This document shows, one piece after another, positions 55,284 through 64,000 of a stretch of 64,000 nucleotides of DNA; position 1 is the first letter of the stretch, and every line of letters begins with the position of its first letter. Origin of the DNA: Candidatus Enteromonas sp. (GTDB lineage: Bacteria > Bacillota_I > Bacilli_A > RFN20 > CAG-826); assembly GCA_034089705.1 (NCBI GenBank), contig JAXDTZ010000013.1, positions 9,522 through 73,521 on the forward strand, written 5' to 3'. Below the pieces are notes generated by a model. It worked only from the letters and a program-made list of their open reading frames with translations. It was not told the origin of the DNA and did not search any database. Position numbers and translations under genes: made by a program.

Positions 55284-56005
55284 ATCCCGCGCTCATCCCT
55301 TGCCTTGCGATCTTCGTTAGCGCCTATCTTCTTGGGGCCGTGCTTTCCCTTTTGGGGGTCATCATGGCGAAGAAAGGCTTCTCTACGAAACAAAAGGAAG
55401 GCTATTCCTTGCTCCGGAATTTCCCTTTCGAAGCCTTTGAAAGCAAAAGTCAACCAAGCCATACCGGCCATTTCCTCTTCGTTTTCGGCCTCGTGCTTTC
55501 CTTCCTTTCTTCCCTTCTCCCCTTGGCTTTGACCGCCTTCCCCGATTTCTCGTTCTTGCTCCCCTTGGCCATTTTGCTCGCGATCCTTTCTTTGGCCGAG
55601 CATGGCTTATTCGTGGCGTTAACCTATATCCCCGCCTACGATTTCAAGCGCCACCTCACCGTGTTCACCTTCTTCGCGGGGGCTTCGGTCCTCTTCCTCG
55701 TCCTTTCGGGCCTTGCCTTCCAAAACTTGGGAAAAGCCTACGTCGAATTCCAAGGGCTTGGGCTTGGGATCATGGGATTCTTCTTGCTTCTCGCCCTAGG
55801 GGAAATGCTTTGCCTCCTCACCCCCAAGATGGCTTCTTGGACCAAGATGGAAAGCACGATGAACGAAGACGGGAGCACCTACACCACCCGTCCCAAGATC
55901 TTCCTCCTCGCCTTCTTCCAATGGGGGATCTTCCTCTTAGGGGAACTCGCGATTGGGGTGGGTATCGTAGGCTACCTCGTCTTCGCCAACGCGATGATCG
56001 CTTAA
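55277..56005 (+). CDS. hypothetical multi-pass membrane protein
   Basis: 242 aa with about 6 TM segments. Overlaps the rpe stop and is followed by a terminator. No family recognised. Confidence 0.6.
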   Translation: MLNPALIPCLAIFVSAYLLGAVLSLLGVIMAKKGFSTKQKEGYSLLRNFPFEAFESKSQPSHTGHFLFVFGLVLSFLSSLLPLALTAFPDFSFLLPLAILLAILSLAEHGLFVALTYIPAYDFKRHLTVFTFFAGASVLFLVLSGLAFQNLGKAYVEFQGLGLGIMGFFLLLALGEMLCLLTPKMASWTKMESTMNEDGSTYTTRPKIFLLAFFQWGIFLLGELAIGVGIVGYLVFANAMIA

Positions 56006-56008
56006 TTC

Positions 56009-56032
56009 AGGGGGAATCCCCCTTCTTTTTTT
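56009..56032 (+). terminator. rho-independent terminator
   Basis: aggggg-aat-ccccct followed by a T-rich run (ttcttttttt). Confidence 0.65.
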
Positions 56033-56042
56033 ATTTATAGGC

Positions 56043-56068
56043 AAAAGAAAATCCCCCGAAACGGGGGA
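56043..56068 (-). terminator. rho-independent terminator of rpmB
   Basis: Minus strand reads tcccccg-ttt-cggggga followed by ttttctttt. Confidence 0.7.
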
Positions 56069-56085
56069 AGCCAATCAAGGGAACC

Positions 56086-56283
56086 TTATTCTGCGGCCTT
56101 GATGGTTTTGTTCAAGGTACGATAGGCACGGTTGGACATGCGGATGACGACGACTTTCCCGTCGATCATGACTTTCCGCTTTTGAAGATTGACGTTCCAA
56201 CGACGGCGGGTAGCACGCAAGGAGTGGCTGCGGGCGTTTCCGGACATCGGTCCTTTACCGGTAATGGGGCAATATTTGGACAT
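56086..56283 (-). CDS. rpmB: 50S ribosomal protein L28
   Basis: 65 aa. MSKYCPITGKGPMSGNARSHSLRATRRRWNVNLQ is a typical L28 sequence. Confidence 0.95.
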   Translation of the reverse strand: MSKYCPITGKGPMSGNARSHSLRATRRRWNVNLQKRKVMIDGKVVVIRMSNRAYRTLNKTIKAAE

Positions 56284-56493
56284 GGTGTTACCTCTCTTTT
56301 CTACACGACTTGCTTAAGCGCGTCTAGGAATATACCATAGGTATAAGGAATTGTGAAGAACTTTAAGAGATTTCCCTCCCAATTGGCTACTTTTTCTTCC
56401 GGAATTTTTCTTTCTCGTCCCAAACTCTCGATTTCTCCTAATCCCCGAAAGGTAATAAAAGCAAACAATGCTATCGTTTCTCGCGATATTCCC

Positions 56494-56522
56494 TACAAAA
56501 GAAGAAGGAATTCCCTTATAAT
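56494..56522 (+). promoter_or_regulatory. candidate promoter of glgCDA
   Basis: Consensus -10 TATAAT (56517-56522) with a weak -35, TACAAA, at a 17-nt spacer. An AAAGGAG RBS precedes the ATG at 56558. Confidence 0.35.
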
Positions 56523-56557
56523 TGTTATGAATTTCATTCCATATAAAGGAGTATCTC

Positions 56558-57703
56558 ATGTCCATACAAATCGCGGCCATGATTCTCGCCGGAGGCAAGG
56601 GGACCCGTCTCCAGTCTTTGACGCGGAAAACGGCCAAACCCGCGGTATCCTATGGGGGGAAGTACCGCATCATCGATTTCCCCTTGTCCAACTGCGCCAA
56701 CAGCGGCATCAACCACGTCGGCGTCCTCACCCAATACGAATCCAGCGCCCTCAACACCTATATCGGCTCCGGAAAGCATTGGGGCATCAACGGGGTCGGG
56801 GCCCTCACGAGCGTCTTAACCCCCAAGCAGACCGAGGAAGGCTCTTCCTGGTATCGGGGAACCGCGGATGCCATCTACGAAAACCTCGATTGGCTCGACG
56901 AACTCGATCCCGAATACGTGCTCATCCTATCTGGAGACCACATTTATTCCTGCACCTACAACGAAATGTTGGAGCAGACCATCGAGATGAACGCGGATTG
57001 CACCATCGCGGTCTACGAAGTCCCCATGGAAGAAGCTTCCCGTTTCGGCATCCTCGAAACCGACGAAAAGAAGAACATCGTCGCCTTTAAGGAAAAACCG
57101 AAGCAACCGAAATCCAACCTCGCCTCGATGGGGATTTACATCTTCAAATACAAATCCCTCCGCGCGGCCCTTCTGGCCGATGCCAAAGACGAAACGAGCG
57201 ACCACGATTTTGGCAAGAACATCATCCCCACGATGCTCGAGCAAGGCAAAAAACTCGTCGCCTACACCTACCAAGGGTATTGGAAAGACGTCGGAACGAT
57301 CGCCAGCCTCCATCAAGCCAACATGGACCTCCTCCTTTCGGGCGATCCCGAAATCAACCTCTTCTCCGCGATGGGAGGCCACCATATCTACAGCGAAGAC
57401 AACCACGCCACCCCGCAATTCATCGGTCCCAAAGCCAGCGTCCGCGATTCGCTCATCAACCAAGGGGCCTGCGTCCTTGGCAGCGTCGACCATTGCGTCA
57501 TCTCGAGCGACGTCGTCATCGCCGAAGGGGCCAGCGTAGTCAACTCCGTCATCATGGGCGGAGCCTACATCGCCAAAGGGGCGAAGGTCTATGACGCGAT
57601 GATTGGGCCCAACACCCTGATTGAAGAAGACGAAACGGTCAACGCCGAACGAAACGGCATCGCCCTCGTCTGCAATTCCAAAGCCGAAAGGAAATCCGCA
57701 TGA
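56558..57703 (+). CDS. glgC: glucose-1-phosphate adenylyltransferase
   Basis: N-terminus ILAGGKGTRLQSLT, plus the left-handed beta-helix C-terminal domain. Confidence 0.95.
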   Translation: MSIQIAAMILAGGKGTRLQSLTRKTAKPAVSYGGKYRIIDFPLSNCANSGINHVGVLTQYESSALNTYIGSGKHWGINGVGALTSVLTPKQTEEGSSWYRGTADAIYENLDWLDELDPEYVLILSGDHIYSCTYNEMLEQTIEMNADCTIAVYEVPMEEASRFGILETDEKKNIVAFKEKPKQPKSNLASMGIYIFKYKSLRAALLADAKDETSDHDFGKNIIPTMLEQGKKLVAYTYQGYWKDVGTIASLHQANMDLLLSGDPEINLFSAMGGHHIYSEDNHATPQFIGPKASVRDSLINQGACVLGSVDHCVISSDVVIAEGASVVNSVIMGGAYIAKGAKVYDAMIGPNTLIEEDETVNAERNGIALVCNSKAERKSA

Positions 57704-58821
57704 AAAACGTCATTGGTTTAGTCAATTTCCATTCCTCCCCGGAAGTGTCCCCCATCACGGATTCCCGTCCCTTGGGCTCCACTTCCTTCTTAGGCCGTTA
57801 CGCGCTTTGCGATTTCGCCCTTAGCAATTTCTGTAACTCCGGAATCGACACCGTCGGCCTTCTGGTCAAAGACCACCAACGCTCCATCCTCAAGCACCTT
57901 GGTTCGATGGACGCCTGGGTCCGAAACACCAAAACGAGCAAAGAAATCATCATGTACAATGAGCCGGGACACGCCCACCCCGAACTCAACACCGACCTCC
58001 AGAACGTGAAGGAGAACGACTGGGCGCTCTACGATTCCAACGCGAATTACATCGTGATCGCCCCCGCTCACATCGTCGCCCCGGTGGATTTCCGCCCCAT
58101 CATCGCCGAACACATCGCCCGGCATGAAAAGATCACCGTGGTCGCCACCAAGGTCAAAGACGCCTCGAAGGAATTCTTAAGCGAGAACATCCTCCGCCTC
58201 ACCAAAGACGGTTACGTCGCCGACACCTACCGCAACGGAGGGGAAGAAAGCGGACCCGCCGTCGTATCGATGGCCACCTACATCATCAACCGCACCGTCC
58301 TCGCGGACATGATCCACCGCTTCCTCCCCGCCAATCCGACCTTGGACATCCGCACCCTCATCTACCAAGCCGCGGAAGAAGGCGGCTACCAATGCCACGC
58401 CTACCTTTACGAAGGCTATGCCCGTTGCTTCGATTCCTTCCCCCATTATATGGAATATTGTTTCGAGCTCCTCGAACCGAAAGTCGCCGCCAAGCTTTTC
58501 TTGCCGGATTGGCCGATTTACACCAAATCCCACGACACGCCCCCGGCGCTTTATGGAGAAACCGCGACGATTTCCGATTCGATTATCGCGAACGGCGCCA
58601 TCATCGAAGGGACCGTCGAGCACTCAATCATCGGCCGCGGCGTCAAGATCGCCAAAGGGGCCCATATCAAGAACTCGATCATCTTCTCTTCTTCCCGCAT
58701 CGGGGAAGGGGCTTTCATCGAGGATTCCCTCGTGGACAAATATTCGATGATCACCCGTTCGAAGAAGATCGGCGGAACCAAAGACGCGCCCCTCTACCTC
58801 CACCAAGGAGCGATTCTATGA
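57700..58821 (+). CDS. glgD: glucose-1-phosphate adenylyltransferase subunit GlgD
   Basis: ATGA overlap with glgC. GlgC-like fold but without the GGxGxRL motif, as in Firmicutes GlgD. Confidence 0.8.
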   Translation: MKNVIGLVNFHSSPEVSPITDSRPLGSTSFLGRYALCDFALSNFCNSGIDTVGLLVKDHQRSILKHLGSMDAWVRNTKTSKEIIMYNEPGHAHPELNTDLQNVKENDWALYDSNANYIVIAPAHIVAPVDFRPIIAEHIARHEKITVVATKVKDASKEFLSENILRLTKDGYVADTYRNGGEESGPAVVSMATYIINRTVLADMIHRFLPANPTLDIRTLIYQAAEEGGYQCHAYLYEGYARCFDSFPHYMEYCFELLEPKVAAKLFLPDWPIYTKSHDTPPALYGETATISDSIIANGAIIEGTVEHSIIGRGVKIAKGAHIKNSIIFSSSRIGEGAFIEDSLVDKYSMITRSKKIGGTKDAPLYLHQGAIL

Positions 58822-60251
58822 AAATTGCGATGCTCGGAAGCGAAGCGAACCCCTTGGCGAAGACCGGCGGCCTTGCCGATGTTATCCACGCTTTGAGCCG
58901 AGAACTCGTCAAAAAAGGGGAAGAAGTCCTGATAATCCTCCCCTATTATCGGAGCATCGCTTGGTCGAATCGTTGCCCCAAACTCACGGATTTGCCTCCT
59001 TTTTCGGTGAAGATGGGCTGGCGGAACGCCGTCTGCGACCCCCACGTCTGCGAAATCGACGGGGTGAAGTACTACCTCCTAGGAAACGGGAATTACTTTG
59101 ACCGCGATCGCCTCTATGGCTACGACGATGACGGGGAACGTTTCGCCTTCTTTTCTCTGGCCGCGATGGAATTCCTCGCCCGCCTAGGAACGGAAGTCGA
59201 TTTGATCCACATCCACGACTGGCAAGTCGGGATGGTCCCCTGCATCGGGAAGGTCCTCTACCGCAATTGCCCCGTTTTTGACAAAACCCGTTACGTCTTA
59301 ACCATCCATAACCCCGCCTTCAAAGGCTACCTCGATCCCTATTCTTTGGGCGACCTCTATAACCTCCCGAGTTACCTTTACGAAAACGGGACGGTTCGCT
59401 TCGAAGGCATGGTTTCCACCTTGAAAGCCGGGATCGCGACTTGCGATAAAATCACCACGGTTTCGCCCACCCACCGCGAAGAATTGCTTCAACCCTCTAC
59501 CTCCCAAGGCCTCGATGGGGTGCTCCGCACCCGCGAATACGATTTCTGCGGATTCGTCAACGGCATCGACGTTGAGGAATGGAATTCCCGAACCGATCCC
59601 CACATCTTCGCCAATTACGGAATCCGCGACCTAAGAAGCGGAAAACGGAAAAACAAAGAAGCTCTCGCCGCGATGCATGGCATCGATGTCTCTTCCGGCC
59701 CCTTGTTTGGGTTAGTCTCCCGGCTAACCTACCAAAAAGGAATCGATTTGGTCCTTTCTTCCATCCGCCCCTTCCTCGAAAGAGGAGCTTGCCTTGAAGT
59801 CCTTGGCAACGGGGAATATGAATTGGAACAAGGCTTCCTCGCCTTGCAAAGGGATTTCCCAAACCGCGTCCACGTCCACGTGGGTTATAGCAACGAACTC
59901 GCCCATCAGATCTACGCCGCGAGCGATTTCTTCTTGATGCCTTCCTTGTTTGAGCCCTGCGGCATCGGCCAATTGCTCGCCGAACGTTATGGCTCCTTGC
60001 CCGTGGCCCGCGACACCGGGGGAATCCACGACACCGTCGTTTCCTATAACGGGGAAAACGAATCGGTCGCCGATGGGATCCTCTTCACCCATTACCTCTC
60101 CGACGCGATGGCCTATGGATTCCAAAAAGCCATGGAAATCTACCAAAACAAGGCCCTCTTCTTAAAAATGGGCAAAAACGCCATGAAGGCGGACCATTCC
60201 TGGAGCAGCAGCGCCGAGCTCTACGCCGGGCTCTACCGCAGCCTTTTCTAA
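58818..60251 (+). CDS. glgA: glycogen synthase (ADP-glucose type)
   Basis: ATGA overlap with glgD. The N-terminus MKIAMLGSEANPLAKTGGLADV carries the KTGGL motif. The track's upstream extension is an Arg/Pro-rich out-of-context frame inside glgD. Confidence 0.95.
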   Translation: MKIAMLGSEANPLAKTGGLADVIHALSRELVKKGEEVLIILPYYRSIAWSNRCPKLTDLPPFSVKMGWRNAVCDPHVCEIDGVKYYLLGNGNYFDRDRLYGYDDDGERFAFFSLAAMEFLARLGTEVDLIHIHDWQVGMVPCIGKVLYRNCPVFDKTRYVLTIHNPAFKGYLDPYSLGDLYNLPSYLYENGTVRFEGMVSTLKAGIATCDKITTVSPTHREELLQPSTSQGLDGVLRTREYDFCGFVNGIDVEEWNSRTDPHIFANYGIRDLRSGKRKNKEALAAMHGIDVSSGPLFGLVSRLTYQKGIDLVLSSIRPFLERGACLEVLGNGEYELEQGFLALQRDFPNRVHVHVGYSNELAHQIYAASDFFLMPSLFEPCGIGQLLAERYGSLPVARDTGGIHDTVVSYNGENESVADGILFTHYLSDAMAYGFQKAMEIYQNKALFLKMGKNAMKADHSWSSSAELYAGLYRSLF

Positions 60252-60272
60252 GGGTATCGCCCCTGGATCATG

Positions 60273-60303
60273 AAAAATAGGAACCGACCCGGTTCCTATT
60301 TTT
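60273..60303. terminator. bidirectional rho-independent terminator
   Basis: aaaaataggaacc-gaccc-ggttcctattttt. The stop codon of the minus-strand gene (60296-60298) lies inside the 3' arm. Confidence 0.75.
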
Positions 60304-63300
60304 GGTAATTCAAGTACGTCGCGAGTTCGCTTGCTTCCATCCGTTCCCCAAAATAAGGGCCGTGGTAGAAAGGAATCTTCAAACCTTGGACGAACTTCTT
60401 GCCATCTTCGTTTTCGATGCCGCTTGCGAACTCGATGAGGCCGAAGTTCTTCGCGTCTTTGACGTAACTCCCGTAAAGCAAGCGGTCGGATTCGCTCGAC
60501 AAGGCTTCTTGGAGGAAGTAAGGGGAAGCGATAATGCCGTCGACCCCGAGTTCGGAAAGCCGCTTCAAGGGGAAGGAATCGGGGGAATAACGGTCCGCGA
60601 GGATCTCGATTCCGCCTTGATGGAGGAAAGAAGAGGCTTCCGCGAAGGATTCGGGCGCCCGGGCGATCGAAGGAGTGCCGAAGCAAAGCAACAAGAAGTG
60701 GTCGGGGATGTGGAATTCCTTCTTGAGGGCGAGCAGCTTCTCTTTGCCCCCTTGGACGCAGATGGTCTCGGGGGACAAGGGAAGGAGGAGATAGGAGACC
60801 GACACCTTCCCTTCAAGATGCTCTTGGTAATAAGTTAAGAAAGAACGGGCGAAGGAAAGGTCGAGCATTTCCTGCATCCGGAACAATTTGGCGATTTTTA
60901 AGAATTCCGCGTCGCGGATTTGCTTCCGCCCTTCTTCGTAAAGGATGGGGCTCGCTTTCAAAATCGCGAGTTTGCCATTCGAAGAATTCAAAATCGGGGT
61001 GAAGAGCAAATCGATCTTGTTTTGCTTCAAAGTGCTTTCGAGGATCGAGTGGATGTAGTCTTGGCGCAAGGCCTTGCGCGCCTTGGCCTTCCCCACTTCC
61101 GCGACGAGGCCGTTGCCGAGTTTGGAAGAACGCCTCAGTTCGCTAGCAAGCAAAGAAGTCAAATCCCCTGGGGTGGTCGCGTCGCTAGGATAGCCAACGA
61201 GAGCGAAGGAGAATATCGGGGTGAAGGAATCTTCCCCGCAGTACAAAGGACGGCAGATCGCGTCGGCGATGGTTTCGATCGCGACGAACAAGAGGGTCCG
61301 GTTGCTAAGCCCGGGGAAGTGGATGGCGAATGTCTCCGCGTCGAAGCGATAGGCGGATTCGTCATAGCCAACCGCCGCGATTTCCCGGGAGATGGCGGCC
61401 ATCAAGGAGTTGATGCTTTGGCTAGGGAGTTCGCGCAAAAGGGTTTCGCGGTTGTTCAAATGGATGCCAAGGTAATACCCCTGGGTCAAGGAAAGGCGCA
61501 TCTCGCGGTTCAAATCGATTTGGAAAGCCCGCGAGGTCTTGATGTTGAGCGATTTGTCGATCAAGGAGGCCCCAAAGGCACGTTCGTCCTCTTTTTCCAC
61601 CATAATGGTCGCGATTCCTTCTTCTCCCTCCTGGAAGGCGAGCACCGACTGGGTGAAGGGTTTGGAACCAAGGAAGGGGATGTTTCGCGATCCCGCCCCA
61701 TTCAAAAGGGGGCAATTCTCGCAAGGAGACTCGAGCCCATAAAGGGTTTGGTGGCAAGGAACCCCAAAGGAGATCCCTTTCTTCTTTTGGAGGAGGTTGT
61801 CGCTGCAAGAGAGCAAACGGAAGGAATTCCGGTCGATGGAATAGGAATAGATTTCCTTTCGCGAAGACAAGGAGTTGTACGCGGAAAGGATGTAGGCGCT
61901 GGCCATCTTTTGGGAAGAGGAAAGCGCCTCGCTCTTCAAATAGGGGAGATAGGTTTGCAGGCGTTCCCGAGCGAACAACCGGAGTTCGAAGAAACGGGAA
62001 GAGGAGAAGAAGAGGAGCCCTCGGGTCTGGTTGTTTTCCACGATGGGGAAGAGGTAGAAGGAAGCGACCCCCAAGGAAGAAAGGGTCGAAGAGACGTTAG
62101 GAGGCAAAGAGGCGATGTCCCCGGAAAATAACGGGGCTTCCTTCTTGGATAGTTCCAAGAATCCCTCGAAAACGGATTCTTCCACGACTTTGCCAAGGCG
62201 CAAGAAGAAAGAAGGGGAATTTTCTTCCTGGCTAGAAAGGAAGAGGCTATAGCGGCGGAGGGTCGGGGAATAGAGGTAGAGCGCCCCTTCTTCAAACCCG
62301 CAGATCTGGCGCATCGAATCGAAGGTTTGCTCCAAAATGTTCTTTTGTTGGCCCGCGTCGGAGCATCTGGAAGTCAAACGGAGGAATTCCTCCTCCAAAG
62401 CCAAGGCCTCCACGCGCTCGGAAGTTTCGGAGAGGTTGTTGCCGCTCCAAGGGGAAAGAAAGGAGATTTCCTTTCCGGAATCCATGAGGACCCCTTGGGA
62501 CCGGTTGCAGGCCCGATTGGCCGCGAAAGGCAGGCTCGTCGCGTCCATCCCGGGGTAATACGCCCCGCCCACGCGAATCCCAAACGCGGAAAGATCCCCG
62601 GTTTGGGAAGAGGTTTCGCAATAGGAGAAATCGGCGACGATATGGGCGAGCCGCCCTTCAAACGAGGTTTTCGATTCGACGCAATAGACGAAGAGGGCGA
62701 ATCCCCCGTTTTCCGCGCTGGCCATCAAATCGTTGGGGAATTCCTTTCGCAAAGCTTCCTTCAAGACTTCTTTCGCCTTCGGGGTTGGACTCGCCTCCCC
62801 ATAGAGGCGGAAGATGAGCACGGCGCTTTGATGGGAGGGGTTCCACGAGACTTCCTCGGGGATTTTGGAGAGGAATTCGTGCCAAGGGATGACTTCTTTG
62901 GTGCCCGCCCGCTTCCCTTCTTGGGATTTGGAGGAAGAAATCAGGGAAGAATAGTAGGCGATGACTTCGTTGAGTTTGGCCTGGATGTGGTTATAGCTCT
63001 CTAAGGGCCAACGGGTGTTCACCGTCCGGATTTCCCCATAACGGAAGGACTCCATTTGGTCGATCAAGGAAGTCGCGATTTTGTTTCGGGAACTCACGAT
63101 TTTGGCAAAAGAGAACGGGATGAGGACGAGAAGAACAATCACGTAAAGGAAGCATGCCGCGCCGGTTACGTAATACCAAGGGGACAAGGAAAAAGAATAC
63201 AACACGAGGGTCGCGGCGGAAAGCAGCAAGAAAAGAACCAGTGAAAAAATGAGGAAGAGGAGCTGTCTCCGCGCGATGGCTCCCGCGCGAAGGGTTTCGC

Positions 63301-63361
63301 GCAACGTTTCCAGCCGAGAATGCTTATTCCCGGCAAACCGTTCGATTTTGTGTTTGGCCAT
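60296..63361 (-). CDS. large membrane-anchored signalling protein with degenerate GGDEF-like (x2), GAF-like and degenerate EAL-like domains
   Basis: AGGAGG lies 4 nt before the ATG at 63361. The protein has 2 N-terminal TM helices. The GGDEF positions read NGGFA and DAETF. The EAL domain is recognisable from FTPI...LKASPIL, LADRYSPD, SGIEN and HGPYFG, but the catalytic residues are substituted. Confidence 0.7.
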   Translation of the reverse strand: MAKHKIERFAGNKHSRLETLRETLRAGAIARRQLLFLIFSLVLFLLLSAATLVLYSFSLSPWYYVTGAACFLYVIVLLVLIPFSFAKIVSSRNKIATSLIDQMESFRYGEIRTVNTRWPLESYNHIQAKLNEVIAYYSSLISSSKSQEGKRAGTKEVIPWHEFLSKIPEEVSWNPSHQSAVLIFRLYGEASPTPKAKEVLKEALRKEFPNDLMASAENGGFALFVYCVESKTSFEGRLAHIVADFSYCETSSQTGDLSAFGIRVGGAYYPGMDATSLPFAANRACNRSQGVLMDSGKEISFLSPWSGNNLSETSERVEALALEEEFLRLTSRCSDAGQQKNILEQTFDSMRQICGFEEGALYLYSPTLRRYSLFLSSQEENSPSFFLRLGKVVEESVFEGFLELSKKEAPLFSGDIASLPPNVSSTLSSLGVASFYLFPIVENNQTRGLLFFSSSRFFELRLFARERLQTYLPYLKSEALSSSQKMASAYILSAYNSLSSRKEIYSYSIDRNSFRLLSCSDNLLQKKKGISFGVPCHQTLYGLESPCENCPLLNGAGSRNIPFLGSKPFTQSVLAFQEGEEGIATIMVEKEDERAFGASLIDKSLNIKTSRAFQIDLNREMRLSLTQGYYLGIHLNNRETLLRELPSQSINSLMAAISREIAAVGYDESAYRFDAETFAIHFPGLSNRTLLFVAIETIADAICRPLYCGEDSFTPIFSFALVGYPSDATTPGDLTSLLASELRRSSKLGNGLVAEVGKAKARKALRQDYIHSILESTLKQNKIDLLFTPILNSSNGKLAILKASPILYEEGRKQIRDAEFLKIAKLFRMQEMLDLSFARSFLTYYQEHLEGKVSVSYLLLPLSPETICVQGGKEKLLALKKEFHIPDHFLLLCFGTPSIARAPESFAEASSFLHQGGIEILADRYSPDSFPLKRLSELGVDGIIASPYFLQEALSSESDRLLYGSYVKDAKNFGLIEFASGIENEDGKKFVQGLKIPFYHGPYFGERMEASELATYLNYQK

Positions 63362-63369
63362 AGATCCTC

Positions 63370-64000
63370 CTAGATGGTTTCGCGGTTCCGAACGAGCATC
63401 GCGATGACGATTTCCCCAATTTTGGGGGAGGCTTCGAGGGCCTTCCGCTTCCGCGTCAGCCATTGCTCCGGATGGGAAGGCTCGTAAGAAATGGTTTTGA
63501 TGGAAAGGAGGGCGACGCTGTGGAGATGGCAGGCATAGGCCACCCCCGCAGAGAAGGTGTCGTAGGCGATCAAGCGGTCATTGCCCGCGAAATGGGCGGA
63601 AAGGAGGGAAGAAAAATCCTCCGCCTTTTGAAGCAAGCGGTCCCCGCTTAACAAGAACCCGCGCTCGACGTAGACCCCGCCCACCGAGTAGGCCGCGGCT
63701 TCGGCTTGGTTGTTGAGCGAGGCGTCCGCGGTCAAGAATTCCGGATACCCCGGGAATTGGCCGTATTTGGTCTTCCCGTCGAGGGAAAAATCCACCCCGG
63801 CGCAGTAATAACGGTCCGCGATGAGAAGGTCCCCTTGATGGAATTCCTTCTTCATCGAGGTGGCGGCCCCCACGGAAATCACGAGGTAGGGCTTGAAGCG
63901 TTCGAGCAAGGTCGCGGTCGCGATGCCCGTGAAGAGCATGCAGTTGCCGATGCTTGCGACGACCGCCTCTTCGCTCCCAAGCCTCCCGATGACCGCGGAG
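63370..64000 (-). CDS. mtnN: 5'-methylthioadenosine/S-adenosylhomocysteine nucleosidase, 5'-partial (runs off the window)
   Basis: PNP_UDP_1-like sequence (VISVGAATS...). The reading frame stays open upstream of the track's ATG (…AVVASIGNCMLFTGIATA) to nt 64000. Confidence 0.8.
   Translation of the reverse strand, partial: SAVIGRLGSEEAVVASIGNCMLFTGIATATLLERFKPYLVISVGAATSMKKEFHQGDLLIADRYYCAGVDFSLDGKTKYGQFPGYPEFLTADASLNNQAEAAAYSVGGVYVERGFLLSGDRLLQKAEDFSSLLSAHFAGNDRLIAYDTFSAGVAYACHLHSVALLSIKTISYEPSHPEQWLTRKRKALEASPKIGEIVIAMLVRNRETI

Noticed and set aside
56284-56557. 274-bp rpmB-glgC divergent intergenic region as a possible riboswitch or ribosomal-protein leader, including the 107-aa ORF 56314..56637
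   Set aside because: I could not identify a convincing conserved structure. The ORF overlaps the glgC start, has odd composition and lacks an RBS. Divergent promoters are sufficient to explain the region.

Overview
64-kb chromosomal segment, roughly 55% GC by eye. It uses the standard genetic code, since TGA acts as a stop in several ATGA stop/start overlaps. Gene content and order look like a monoderm Bacillota / Mollicutes-related lineage. Genes are densely packed on both strands, and many junctions carry a clear rho-independent terminator. Housekeeping genes I can support: pepF, a CarD-like regulator, rdgB, tRNA-Asp and tRNA-Gly, trxA, yigZ-like, Xaa-Pro aminopeptidase, glpK, a TGS-uridine-kinase-like gene, a complete F1Fo operon (atpI-like, B, E, F, H, A, G, D, C), ppa, rqcH, gmk, priA, rlmN, stp, a PrkC-like kinase, rpe, rpmB, glgC, glgD, glgA, and a 5'-partial mtnN. 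Three loci look accessory or unusual. (1) 25.0-31.2 kb holds five genes of no assignable function. Its core is a 1107-aa chimera of four L7/L12-C-terminal-domain-like repeats, two CbbX/SpoVK-type AAA+ modules and a C-terminal trypsin-like protease. It is transcribed divergently from two tandem small acidic-tailed paralogs. This is my best candidate for an undescribed system. (2) 2.7-12.6 kb encodes two collinear giant paralogous envelope proteins (1182 and 1242 aa), a 319-aa anchored protein, a membrane-tethered XRE regulator and a palindromic operator that overlaps a -10 box. (3) A roughly 0.9-kb low-GC islet carries a DUF1349-like gene, is flanked by 30-nt direct repeats and sits next to the tRNA-Gly terminator. 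Other points of note are a large membrane protein whose GGDEF-like and EAL-like domains all look catalytically degenerate (an apparently intact HD-GYP protein is also in the window), an RsmB-like protein lacking SAM and catalytic-Cys motifs, and a PrkC-like kinase with no TM or PASTA region. I found no rRNA, CRISPR array, transposase or integrase. Many long ORFs in the supplied track are antisense or alternate-frame shadows of the real genes and were rejected.
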